Positions 8,449-17,882 of a DNA stretch of 41,232 nt are shown piece by piece. The stretch spans positions 1 through 41,232 of the forward strand of contig CAZEXE010000004.1 in assembly GCA_964516645.1 (NCBI GenBank), written 5' to 3'. Numbering within the stretch: the stretch's first letter is position 1; each line of letters starts with the position of its first letter. The position numbers were made by a program, and so were the translations under genes. The stretch is from an uncultured Candidatus Poseidoniales archaeon. Lineage in GTDB: Archaea > Thermoplasmatota > Poseidoniia > Poseidoniales > Poseidoniaceae. Below the pieces are notes generated by a model. It was not told the DNA's origin. It searched no databases and worked only from the letters and a program-made list of their open reading frames with translations.

Positions 8449-9972
8449 TCAACGAAGACCATCAACACGAGCTAAAATTTCATGCGGCCTAACGTAATAT
8501 TCAGTAATGATTTGGCTAACTTGGTCAGCCTTACGAATATCGTTCAAAACACACCATTCAAGGATACGTTTCCTTGTTCGGAGTTCTCTTCGCATCTCAT
8601 CTTGACTGTAGTTGATTTTCACCATGATTTTCTCAAGAACATATGACTTTCCTGAGAATATAAAATCATCATTTGCGACATTCCATCTGAACACTTCATT
8701 AGTAATTACTTCCAAAGAGTTTGGATCAATTCCGACAATTTCAACGATTTGCTTACTTCTTCTAACACGTCGTCCGTTGATACGAGTCTGAATTTGAATT
8801 ACACATGCTTCAAGCGCAGGAAGCAGAACACGCGGAATATCAATCGGTTTGTTCTCCAATCGGTGTACGAGTGATGGAACTGAATCTGCGTGCACTGTAG
8901 AGTATGCACAGTGACCTGTAGCCATCGCTTGGAATAGAACATATGCTTCCGCACCACGAATCTCGCCCACGATAATGTATTCTGGTCGTTCACGAAGAGC
9001 CGCTTTTAGCAACTCGAATTCTCCAATTTCTCCTTCATTTGACTCACCACCGAATCCCTGTCGAGTAAGACCTGGGACCCAGTTAGGTTGTGGGATGTTT
9101 ACTTCACGGGTTGATTCAATGCTGACAATCTTCATCTGCCAAGGGATGAAGATACACATTGCGTTTAGTGTTGTAGTTTTACCAGAAGCTGTACCGCCTA
9201 CGAAAAGCATTGGAACTTCATTTTGGAATGCAACCCACAAATATGCTCCCATCAAAGAGGAAAGGGTTCGGAATGCAATAATATCACATGGTGAGAACGG
9301 ATCATCCTTGAATCTTCGAATACAGAATGCAGAACCTCTAGTTGAAACTTCACGTCCCAACTTCATGACAATTCTTGAACCATCCATCAGCGTAGCATCC
9401 AGCAATGGGTCAGCAACGGAAATGTGCTTACCACAACGCTGTGCCAATTTGATAACATAAGACTCCAATTCCTCATCTGTCTCCCACACACAAGTCGTCT
9501 CCACAGATTCGAATTTCCTGTGGTAAGCGAAAATTGGAACATTAGTGCCATCAAGCGAAACGTCTTCCACATTCGCGTCATTCATCAAAACATCCATTGG
9601 CCCATATCCTACCAAATCTCTTCGAAGATAGTAGAATAATTTTGATTTCGATTTCTTATTGATTTTCATGCCGTAAGCCTTGATGACTTTATCCATCGCA
9701 GTGCGAAGATAAGCGATTGGGTCTGCATCGATTTCGTCGATGTTTGCTGTCAGTGAACGAATAAAAATATCGAGTAACTCATCTCGCCATTCCTGTTCTT
9801 TCTTGTTCAAAGGTGGTTCGATAATTTGGTAGATGATATTCAGAGTTCTCTTGTCACGTACAATTCTTGCAAACGCGTGTGGAGGCATTACAGGATACTT
9901 GTCAAGTTCATCATACATTGCGCGTTGTTGGTTACGCCTTCTCTTTTGGCCACCACCACTTCTTCTTGCCAT
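8449..9972 (-). CDS. Archaeal type IV pilus assembly ATPase (FlaI/TadA/VirB11 family)
   Basis: GGTASGKTT Walker A, LRERPEYIIVGEIRG Walker B, QAMATGH...STVHA His box. Confidence 0.93.
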   Translation of the reverse strand: MARRSGGGQKRRRNQQRAMYDELDKYPVMPPHAFARIVRDKRTLNIIYQIIEPPLNKKEQEWRDELLDIFIRSLTANIDEIDADPIAYLRTAMDKVIKAYGMKINKKSKSKLFYYLRRDLVGYGPMDVLMNDANVEDVSLDGTNVPIFAYHRKFESVETTCVWETDEELESYVIKLAQRCGKHISVADPLLDATLMDGSRIVMKLGREVSTRGSAFCIRRFKDDPFSPCDIIAFRTLSSLMGAYLWVAFQNEVPMLFVGGTASGKTTTLNAMCIFIPWQMKIVSIESTREVNIPQPNWVPGLTRQGFGGESNEGEIGEFELLKAALRERPEYIIVGEIRGAEAYVLFQAMATGHCAYSTVHADSVPSLVHRLENKPIDIPRVLLPALEACVIQIQTRINGRRVRRSKQIVEIVGIDPNSLEVITNEVFRWNVANDDFIFSGKSYVLEKIMVKINYSQDEMRRELRTRKRILEWCVLNDIRKADQVSQIITEYYVRPHEILARVDGLR

Positions 9973-10027
9973 ACTTAGTCCCCTGACACTTCGGACACTG
10001 TCACCCTCGGTTATGACCTTTCTCCAT

Positions 10028-10055
10028 TGTGAGAGGCCCTACGGGCCCTCTCACA
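10028..10055. repeat. Inverted repeat TGTGAGAGGCCC-TAC-GGGC(C)CTCTCACA
   Basis: 12-bp arms with one bulge and a 3-nt spacer. Overlaps the stop codon of the UPF0200 gene, upstream of the pilus operon. Confidence 0.6.
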
Positions 10056-10596
10056 GAGTATTGAGCCAACCCGAAACTGCGGTTTCCAAATCTTCAAGAT
10101 TTAACTCGTTTGAAAACGAAAATTCTGCTTCTTCGATAATTGTATCAAGTCCCCAACCAGTTTCTCTTTCATCTCTATTTTCAAGATCTGTTAAATCCCC
10201 GTCTTCGGAACGAGCACGAGATTGTACTCTCTCGAATCTCAATTGCTTGGAAGATGTAATGGCAACCACCTTGAACGAATCTCCCCAATGAGATGAGAAG
10301 ACTTCTCTCTCCGCTACTCCACGCAGGCCTTCAATCAATACGATTGGATGACTTTCGAGCAATACGTCAACCGAATCAACCAATCTGTGAGCCAATACGT
10401 CATCTCCATATTCAGCACGTAATTGAATTGCTACCTCACCAAATACATGAGGTGCTTCAGCGATACCTCTTGCCTTAACTTCAGCCCTGACCATGTCCCC
10501 CATAGAACGAACAGGGATGCCCTTTGATGCTAATATCGCGGCAAACTCGCCCTTGCCCGCAGCAGGCAATCCACTTACTGCGATTACGAGTCCCAT
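10051..10596 (-). CDS. Archaeal UPF0200 / dephospho-CoA-kinase-like nucleotide kinase
   Basis: GLPAAGKG P-loop, SMGDMVR, IEGLRG, RDERE..WGL. Confidence 0.8.
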   Translation of the reverse strand: MGLVIAVSGLPAAGKGEFAAILASKGIPVRSMGDMVRAEVKARGIAEAPHVFGEVAIQLRAEYGDDVLAHRLVDSVDVLLESHPIVLIEGLRGVAEREVFSSHWGDSFKVVAITSSKQLRFERVQSRARSEDGDLTDLENRDERETGWGLDTIIEEAEFSFSNELNLEDLETAVSGWLNTL

Positions 10597-10614
10597 GGAA
10601 GAGTCGAGATGGTT

Positions 10615-12312
10615 TCAATTGTTGAACTCTGCCCTTCCCCATTTGCGGTCGAGCAGTTTCATCAACAGTATTGCACCGGCCACCAGACCTACACTAACTA
10701 GCAGAATCCCTTTGAATCCTGTAGCCATTCGATTATTATCAAATTCTACGGATTCTGCTTGCAATCCTTTGTCCTTAACTTGATCTGCCCAATTTTCGTA
10801 AAATGAGACATCGCCTTGAGTGAAGGAAAGCAAGAATAATGCTAGCAATGGGATTACGGTTCCAATCCAAAACCAAGTCATGATTTTTGCATCGAAAATC
10901 GCCTTATTCGGAGCCAATCCCATCAGGAATGCTGTTAAACAGACAATGTAAATGCTATTGGCAATCATTACGATTAGACCTACTGGTAATACCGCCCATT
11001 CATCCAATCTCCAAGCCATCAGACAAAGGAAAATTACTGAAATCCAGGTTGTTGCCAAAAAATAGACCGTAACCTTTGCACGGATTAATTGCGGTACACT
11101 TAGTGGTAATCCATTCATGTGTTCTGGAGAATCTAAAGCTGTCAACCATGAATAAAAATTGAATCCAAAGAATCCCAAGAACGGAGCGTAAGATAGCAGA
11201 TTAATCGGGATAGGTGCTTGTGCGAAATCAACTAGCCAAGCCATCATTAGCAGAACGATTAGAGGCACAGAATATGAAACAATCATCTTCTTCAAAGAAC
11301 CTGAACGAATAAGGTCAACCGCTTCTTTAGCAACCAATATTCTCAGCGTCCCATTACCTAAGAATCTCAAACGACTCCAAGCGGGAATGAAAATCTCTTT
11401 CTTGGATACTACTTTGACCTCGAAATCATCTAACACTAATTGAGAAGCAAGCCATGCCAAAAATATCGATGCTGAAATTGCAGGTATTGCCAACAACATT
11501 CCATCCGGTTGTTGTGTAGCCAAGCCCCACAGGAAGTATTGTCGTGGCATCAAACCTAGACCGATAATTGTTCCAAGGCCAATCACAAAAACTGGGGTTA
11601 ATCTGCTAAACCAGCCCCCTAGTAACCATAACGAAGAGGCGATGAATGAAAATGCCAAACCTTGTGATAATGTTACGGTCATTGCCACCCATGTTCTTGG
11701 TAAACTGCTAAACTCTAACGGAGTTTTCACACTAGTGAAATCCTCCAGTAAAATTCCAATTGCCATTCCTGATATAACTGGGGTGAGTATCAGCATCACA
11801 TAGTAGGAAAGATCTTTCACATAATATGCAAAATGAGCCGTTGGATTAGTCAGTGGCTGAAGAGCGGGTGAAGCAAGAAGGTAATTCTTGGTCCCCGTGC
11901 GAGCTAAGACTTTCTCCCTACCTAAAAAGGCGAAAGACCCCATTCCTAAACTGAAGAACAACAAAGGCAGATGTAGTGCAAAACGCATTTCTTCCCAAGT
12001 AAATGCGTTGGAATTTGCATCTGTTCCCTGTGCAGCGCCTTCGCCAACAAGAAATTGCAAACCGATGGTTGCAACCATCGTAACCAATGCTACCAGTAAA
12101 GGGAATAGAAGAATACGTCTCTTCTTTGCGAAGTCTAAATTTTCTCTGAATTCTTCAACAAACATAACTCGAAATGTTGTTGAAAACGCACCCCATCCAA
12201 CCAAAGGTGTGTTTAGATGGATTCCAGCATTGGTTGAACCCAATGTCTTGGGTGGAGATTGTTTTGAAATTTCAGACCAATCTCGGCTGGTTATAGAAAC
12301 AGACAGATTCAC
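10615..12312 (-). CDS. ABC transporter permease-like membrane protein (about 12 TM)
   Basis: Highly hydrophobic, apparently two-halved architecture. GTG start overlaps the stop of the ABC ATPase. True start may lie further downstream. Confidence 0.7.
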   Translation of the reverse strand: MNLSVSITSRDWSEISKQSPPKTLGSTNAGIHLNTPLVGWGAFSTTFRVMFVEEFRENLDFAKKRRILLFPLLVALVTMVATIGLQFLVGEGAAQGTDANSNAFTWEEMRFALHLPLLFFSLGMGSFAFLGREKVLARTGTKNYLLASPALQPLTNPTAHFAYYVKDLSYYVMLILTPVISGMAIGILLEDFTSVKTPLEFSSLPRTWVAMTVTLSQGLAFSFIASSLWLLGGWFSRLTPVFVIGLGTIIGLGLMPRQYFLWGLATQQPDGMLLAIPAISASIFLAWLASQLVLDDFEVKVVSKKEIFIPAWSRLRFLGNGTLRILVAKEAVDLIRSGSLKKMIVSYSVPLIVLLMMAWLVDFAQAPIPINLLSYAPFLGFFGFNFYSWLTALDSPEHMNGLPLSVPQLIRAKVTVYFLATTWISVIFLCLMAWRLDEWAVLPVGLIVMIANSIYIVCLTAFLMGLAPNKAIFDAKIMTWFWIGTVIPLLALFLLSFTQGDVSFYENWADQVKDKGLQAESVEFDNNRMATGFKGILLVSVGLVAGAILLMKLLDRKWGRAEFNN

Positions 12313-13088
12313 TCCTCCTCGTTGATACCCTCATCACTCATTCTCTCTGCTTCCTCAATCGAATGTCCTACTAATCGAATGAATACATCTTCAAGTGTTT
12401 CACTTTCATTTTCCTTTAGTCCTTTCACGGTACCTGCAGCCAATACCTTTCCATTGTTGATTATAGCCATGCGGTTACACATTCTTTCAGCCATTTCAAG
12501 AACATGTGAACATAGGAAAATGGTCCCGCCATTTGCTACCATATCCAATAGCCATTGCCGGCATTTCCTCTGATAAATCGGGTCGAGGTTAGCAAATGGC
12601 TCATCTAGGAAAAGTAGTTTCGGCTCGTGAATAAATGCTGATGCCAACATTACTTTTTGGCGCTGCCCTTTTGAGAGATCTTTGCACATGGTGTCTCTCT
12701 TTTCTTGAAGACCAAACCAATCCATCCAATGCTCAACCTTGACATCCAAGTTTTCCACGCCCCGTAATTTGCCTACGAATTGCAAAAATTCACTAGGTGT
12801 GAGATATGATGGAGGTGATTCTGATTCTGGAACAATACCAATATTTGCCTTCAATTTCTGAGGTTGCTTTGCCGCGTTGATTCCCAAGACTTCAACAGCG
12901 CCTATACTAGGGCGCAATTGGCCGGTTAGAAGTTTAATGAATGTCGATTTTCCAGCACCGTTAGGACCGAATACTCCAAAGAATTCTCCAGAACTAACTT
13001 TGACATTAAGTGGATGAAGAGCAATGAAATCACCGTATCTTTTGCCCAAATCATTTGCGACCACCAAGAATTCTTCGCTGTCGGACAT
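12309..13088 (-). CDS. ABC transporter ATP-binding protein (exporter type)
   Basis: GPNGAGKST, LSKGQRQK signature, LFLDEP, CSH switch. Confidence 0.93.
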   Translation of the reverse strand: MSDSEEFLVVANDLGKRYGDFIALHPLNVKVSSGEFFGVFGPNGAGKSTFIKLLTGQLRPSIGAVEVLGINAAKQPQKLKANIGIVPESESPPSYLTPSEFLQFVGKLRGVENLDVKVEHWMDWFGLQEKRDTMCKDLSKGQRQKVMLASAFIHEPKLLFLDEPFANLDPIYQRKCRQWLLDMVANGGTIFLCSHVLEMAERMCNRMAIINNGKVLAAGTVKGLKENESETLEDVFIRLVGHSIEEAERMSDEGINEEE

Positions 13089-13161
13089 AAATCAACGGTA
13101 GGACTCATCAACTTCAATGTGTGCTTACAGATTGATTTGCTATGACTTCCTCGGAGGTAGC

Positions 13162-13986
13162 ATGGGCGAAGTAGTAATCATCGAGGAAATTCCTTGCGAA
13201 AACGGTGATGGAGTAATTGCAAAGGTTACGATTAACAGACCTGATAAGTTGAATGCGCTAAACCAACAGGTGGCTTCTGCGCTCAAAGATATGTGTGGTT
13301 GGGCTGAACAAAATGATTCTGTTCGCTGTGTTATTATCACAGGAGCCAATCCAAATCCTCCTCCAGAAGGAAAGAGAGCAAAACCAAACGCCTTCGTTGC
13401 GGGAGCCGACATAACTGAATTCGTCGGCAAGGGTTCTCAAGAAATCAGAGCAATGTTTAGTAACAGCCCTATTGAAGCGATTTGGTATTTGAATAAACCA
13501 ACCATAGCAATGGTCGATGGTTTCGCGTTAGGAGGAGGTTGTGAAGTTGCTTGTTCTTGCGATATTCGAATCGCCAGTACTCGTTCCATTTTTGGAGCTC
13601 CTGAAATCAAATTAGGATTGATTCCAGGTTACGGTGGCACGCAAAGATTGGTCCATCTTGTTGGTTATGGTAGAGCCATGGAGATGATTATGACAGGCAA
13701 TAATGTAAGTGCTGAAGATGCTTACAGAATGGGTCTAGTAAATCATGTGTGTACTCCTGAAGAATTAGAAAGTAAAACGATGGAAATAGCCCAAACTATC
13801 GCTTCAAAATCCATGCATACAATGAGAGTAGCCAAGCAAACAATTCGCGCCTCTCTCGAACATGGAATCTCTAAAGGAATAGAAATTGAAGCACATGCTT
13901 TTGCTGATCTATTCGACACCGAAGATAAAGAAATAGGTGTACAAGCATTCCTAAACCGAAGTGATCCTAAATGGGTGCACAAGTGA
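13162..13986 (+). CDS. Enoyl-CoA hydratase (crotonase)
   Basis: FVAGADI, GGGCE and APEIKLGLIPGYGGTQRL (both catalytic Glu). ATG 13162 follows a GGAGGT SD. Confidence 0.92.
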   Translation: MGEVVIIEEIPCENGDGVIAKVTINRPDKLNALNQQVASALKDMCGWAEQNDSVRCVIITGANPNPPPEGKRAKPNAFVAGADITEFVGKGSQEIRAMFSNSPIEAIWYLNKPTIAMVDGFALGGGCEVACSCDIRIASTRSIFGAPEIKLGLIPGYGGTQRLVHLVGYGRAMEMIMTGNNVSAEDAYRMGLVNHVCTPEELESKTMEIAQTIASKSMHTMRVAKQTIRASLEHGISKGIEIEAHAFADLFDTEDKEIGVQAFLNRSDPKWVHK

Positions 13987-14709
13987 TTAGAATCCTACAA
14001 TTATATGCCAAGCGATGACAAAGATCGCTACATCTGCAATTGCATGTGCTACCCATGCAACCCAAATGCTACGATATTGAATGTATATCCAAGAGAAAAT
14101 TACACCTCCAGCGAAAACTCCTGCCGAGGCAAGTAGATTTCCCAGCGGATCGATGAAGTAAGCCATTGCAATCGTATGGTGAACAGTAAATATGGTCGCA
14201 GAAATTAGTATAGGAATCCATTTACCTCCTACTAATTGTTCAACTTTTGAGGTTATAAACCAGCGAAAAACGTATTCTTCTAGAACTGAATTGATGAATA
14301 TCCAGAATAGGATTGCGATGGCCAATTTCCAAGGAACTGTAAGTCCGAAGGGCTCTAGAATTTCTACTATATCCTCGCTTGATAAGACCAAATCACCTAA
14401 GAGAATATAGGCAATTGCAATAGTTATAGCCATTCCTAATCCTAGAAATGTAGAGGCTAGCCAACCTCCATTTTGAGGTAACGAAAACGACCTCTGACCT
14501 TTCTCCACATTGAGATGCCAAAATGCTGGTAATCCAAACATCCACAATTTTGTAAAAATAAAGACAAATACCGCAAATATTCCTGCTTTCAAAGCAAACC
14601 CAGTAATTACTGAAATTGTAGGCGCAATTGCTACAAGAATAAGTCCATACAAAGCCAATCTGTTTTGACGTATTGACTTTTCAGCAATAGTTTGCATCAA
14701 AAACCTCAA
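13987..14709 (-). CDS. CPBP (CAAX/Abi) family intramembrane glutamic protease
   Basis: LEEYVFR, FTVHH and AHAIAD motifs in a polytopic membrane protein. Confidence 0.85.
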   Translation of the reverse strand: MRFLMQTIAEKSIRQNRLALYGLILVAIAPTISVITGFALKAGIFAVFVFIFTKLWMFGLPAFWHLNVEKGQRSFSLPQNGGWLASTFLGLGMAITIAIAYILLGDLVLSSEDIVEILEPFGLTVPWKLAIAILFWIFINSVLEEYVFRWFITSKVEQLVGGKWIPILISATIFTVHHTIAMAYFIDPLGNLLASAGVFAGGVIFSWIYIQYRSIWVAWVAHAIADVAIFVIAWHIIVGF

Positions 14710-15605
14710 TCTTTAGCCATCTCATCTTTTAATGCCGCCAATGCGCCTGAGGCCCCTGGTGGTGGTGGAAGCGGTAGGCCCAATTCTTCTGGAGATGGTA
14801 GGCCCGGTGGTAATGTCATAGTTGCGGTGGTGGCTCTTTCCTCTTCAATAGCAACATAACCAGTGTCCAAAGGTACTCTCAATTTCAAAATTGTTGAATC
14901 ATCGATACGTACTAATGTCGCCCCGTAAACGTGTCCGGCCTCAGCATTTGCTGGTTCAATCAAAATATTGTGACCGTGCTTCTCACTTTGAATTAATCCA
15001 ACCAGATCTTCACCAGAACTGTGGTCTTCCCACATCTTTGCTGTTGATGCTCTAATCTCAGCCATTTGGTCTCTTCGACGCTCTTCGATTCTTGCACGAA
15101 TTCGGCTATGGTGGTCGCTCTTTTCTCGAATGTGAGCAGCAATATTTGCATCCTCTATGGATTGAGGAGAAACCTCAACAACATACTCATCTGCAACATG
15201 CACTTCTTCGATTGATACCGCAACTTCTTCCAAATCATCATCTGGTTCGACTGTAATTTGATTCTCGTCCTCTTCTTGTTGGCTAGATGCAACTTTGGCC
15301 ATCTTTCTCTCACGTAATGATGCGCCATCCAAGTCATCCTTGGTTACAACTTCAGGGATATCTAATGATGATTCTTCCTCATCTCCAACAGGGCTAACAC
15401 GAGTTGCAACTTTTCTTTGAACTGGCTGTTGTGCGGTTCCCGGATTGTCTCCTAAGAATACCCAAATAATTGCCAAAAGCAGGTTGCCACCAACCAATGC
15501 CCAACGCCCATTTTCATCTAATTCGCTCTGCATAGTGAAAAATGCTAGTATGCCTACAACCAATAGGATGAAAACAACAAGTCTTGACATCTTCATGCTG
15601 CTCAC
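14706..15605 (-). CDS. Hypothetical protein: two N-terminal TM helices, acidic region, Pro-rich tail
   Basis: 299-aa ORF, coupled by a 4-nt overlap to the CPBP gene. Confidence 0.7.
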   Translation of the reverse strand: MSSMKMSRLVVFILLVVGILAFFTMQSELDENGRWALVGGNLLLAIIWVFLGDNPGTAQQPVQRKVATRVSPVGDEEESSLDIPEVVTKDDLDGASLRERKMAKVASSQQEEDENQITVEPDDDLEEVAVSIEEVHVADEYVVEVSPQSIEDANIAAHIREKSDHHSRIRARIEERRRDQMAEIRASTAKMWEDHSSGEDLVGLIQSEKHGHNILIEPANAEAGHVYGATLVRIDDSTILKLRVPLDTGYVAIEEERATTATMTLPPGLPSPEELGLPLPPPPGASGALAALKDEMAKD

Positions 15606-15635
15606 CTTAGGCCAAAACGCTTACACTCAAGAATA

Positions 15636-16280
15636 TCACCCAAGCCTGTCGAGATTAGAAAGTAAGTTCTCAAGCGCTCTGTTACGGTGTGAATATAGCT
15701 GTTTTTCTTCTAATGGAATGCCCCCAAATGGCTTCCCGTGAGTACTTTGTGCTCCGATTTCACCAATTGCTAAGGATTCCCCATCATCATCCAAATCCGC
15801 AGGAATGAAAATTGGATCAAATCCAAAGCCCTTTCCCACCACCGGCTCATGTGCTATGCGACCAGGGCATACTCCTTCAGCTACAATTGTTTGTCCGTTT
15901 TTGTAAAGAATCGCTACTGCTCTGAATTCTGCACTTCTAAGATTCCCATCTTGAATTGGATCTTCGCTATGTAAGTGATTCATCAATTTTAGAATTCCAT
16001 GTACATCTAATGTTTCAAGAACATAAGATGAGTAAACTCCAGGAAAGCCATTCAGGGCGTCGATAAACAATCCTGCATCTTCTACCAACAACATATCAGT
16101 GGGGTCGGGCAAATGTGGAATCGCTTGCTCTATCTTGGACAATGCTACAACTTCTAAATCATCTGCTTGGGGTTCTGTGGCTTCAAACTCAAGTTGTCGA
16201 ACTGGGATTCCGTGTTTGGAAAAATAATCCCTAGCCTCGTCAACCTTACCCTGATTAGTGGTCAAGAACCAGATAGTCAT
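15636..16280 (-). CDS. rdgB: Non-canonical purine NTP pyrophosphatase (RdgB/HAM1)
   Basis: TTNQGK, EDAGLFIDALNGFPGVYS, GFGFDPIF, SHR. Confidence 0.93.
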   Translation of the reverse strand: MTIWFLTTNQGKVDEARDYFSKHGIPVRQLEFEATEPQADDLEVVALSKIEQAIPHLPDPTDMLLVEDAGLFIDALNGFPGVYSSYVLETLDVHGILKLMNHLHSEDPIQDGNLRSAEFRAVAILYKNGQTIVAEGVCPGRIAHEPVVGKGFGFDPIFIPADLDDDGESLAIGEIGAQSTHGKPFGGIPLEEKQLYSHRNRALENLLSNLDRLG

Positions 16281-16345
16281 AATTCGCCCCTAGAGGATAG
16301 GGCTCTTGAGCATGTTTGATAGAGTTGCCCCGACAAGGGGGGTTT

Positions 16346-16699
16346 GTGAATTCATATCTCGCGGTGGCAATAGGCGGTGCTATCGGTGCCACGCTTCGGT
16401 TTGCAGTTAGTGAATGGATAGGCACTCCACAGGGGACATTATTGGCTAATGCAATCGGTTCTCTTCTTCTTGGAATATGTATGGCAGCACTTGCAAATGA
16501 AATGATTTCTAAAGAACTTACACTATTCATAGGTACTGGTATTTTAGGCGCATTCACAACCATGTCTACCTTTTCTGTTGAAACTATTGAAATGTGGAGT
16601 GAAGACCAAACAAAAGCTATTGGTTATGTTTTGATTACAATGATTTTGTGTCCAGCCCTAGCATTTGCGGGATGGAGAGCGTTCGAAGTTACTGCTTGA
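16346..16699 (+). CDS. crcB: Fluoride efflux channel Fluc/CrcB
   Basis: GGAIGATLR, GTLLANAIGS, GILGAFTTMSTF. GTG start at 16346 chosen. Confidence 0.9.
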   Translation: MNSYLAVAIGGAIGATLRFAVSEWIGTPQGTLLANAIGSLLLGICMAALANEMISKELTLFIGTGILGAFTTMSTFSVETIEMWSEDQTKAIGYVLITMILCPALAFAGWRAFEVTA

Positions 16700-17819
16700 T
16701 TGAAAGCATTCTTTCTAGGGCTATTTTTGCACCTTCTTGTATCTCTGGTCTAACGATTACTTGATTCGGTACCTCGCCCTCTGCAAGTCTTTCCAAGACA
16801 TCGAGTAAATATGCTGGATGAATCATATACATTGTTGAGCATGGACAAATTGTAGGTTCTAGGCATTGAACATGGAGGTCTTCATGTTGTGAATCCAATC
16901 TTGCAACCATATTGATTTCCGTACCTACAGCGATGTGAGTTCCTGATTTTTGCTCAGCAACAAACCTCCTAATGAATTCTGTACTACCATTGGCATCTGA
17001 TGCTTGCACAACTTCCATTGGGCACTCTGGGTGAACAACGACTACTCCGTCTGGATGTTCTTCTCTAAATGCTTCAATCTGAGCGACTGTAAATCTCTTG
17101 TGAACTGAACAGAACCCATGCCACAACACAATCTTAACATCTTGTGGCAATTCGTTTTCTTGACCTGGCGTCCATACGGCCATTTTCTCAAGTGGTATCC
17201 CCATTGAAAGTCCAGTGTTTCTTCCCAAATGCTGATCTGGGAAGAAAAGTACTGCTCCATTTGGACCTGCTCTATCATACGCCCATTCTAGGATTCCTGC
17301 TGCATTGGACGATGTGCACACAATACCACCGTGACGGCCACAGAAATCCTTGAGTTCTGCTGCGCTATTCATGTATGTTACAGGAATTAGACAGGAGTCT
17401 CCATCTTTTGCGGTTGCCGGGTCACTTAATCCGGATGTACGCAAAATTTCCTCCCATGCGATTTCTACTTCATCTAGGGCCGCCATATCAGCCATCGAAC
17501 AACCTGCACGCATATTTGGAAGAATTACTCTTTGTTCATCTGAAGTTAGAATATCGGCGGATTCAGCCATGAAATGAACACCACAAAATACGATATTCTT
17601 AGCCTTTGACTTAGCTGCTAATTCTGATAAAAGGAATGAGTCTCCTAACAGATCAGCATGCATAACGATTTGGTCTCTTTGATAGTGGTGACCAAGAATT
17701 AGCAAATCTTCACCCATTTGCTTTTTCAGTTCAGCAATTCTATCAGCGATTGCTGCTTCTTCAGGCCCCATCGCATCATTTGTGAAGTCGATGGCGCACA
17801 TCGGCAATGACATAGTCAT
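16689..17819 (-). CDS. nadA: Quinolinate synthase
   Basis: GHHYQ, FCGVHFMAE, AGCSMA, YMNS, CTSSNA, CSVH, HPEC, CSTM (Fe-S cysteines). Confidence 0.95.
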   Translation of the reverse strand: MTMSLPMCAIDFTNDAMGPEEAAIADRIAELKKQMGEDLLILGHHYQRDQIVMHADLLGDSFLLSELAAKSKAKNIVFCGVHFMAESADILTSDEQRVILPNMRAGCSMADMAALDEVEIAWEEILRTSGLSDPATAKDGDSCLIPVTYMNSAAELKDFCGRHGGIVCTSSNAAGILEWAYDRAGPNGAVLFFPDQHLGRNTGLSMGIPLEKMAVWTPGQENELPQDVKIVLWHGFCSVHKRFTVAQIEAFREEHPDGVVVVHPECPMEVVQASDANGSTEFIRRFVAEQKSGTHIAVGTEINMVARLDSQHEDLHVQCLEPTICPCSTMYMIHPAYLLDVLERLAEGEVPNQVIVRPEIQEGAKIALERMLSIKQ

Positions 17820-17823
17820 GGGT
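17807..17823. promoter_or_regulatory. Palindrome-containing 17-mer ATGACATAGTCATGGGT over the nadA start (identical copy at 39192-39208)
   Basis: Exact sequence match seen; regulatory role is inferred. Confidence 0.35.
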
Positions 17824-17882
17824 GTGCCTCAACACCCGGTACAGGCACTCCTTTTTCAAGCATACACACCCTCGCTAAATCG

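Noticed and set aside
4988-9972. Archaellum (fla) operon
   Set aside because: No archaellin, FlaH or FlaF/G, and two separate platform genes indicate a pilus-type system
12309-13088. CcmA partner of ccmF
   Set aside because: A generic exporter ATPase 16 kb away whose permease is far larger than CcmB
16281-16345. Fluoride riboswitch upstream of crcB
   Set aside because: No GGNGAUG...CUGAUG-type consensus is visible; only weak 4-5 bp hairpins
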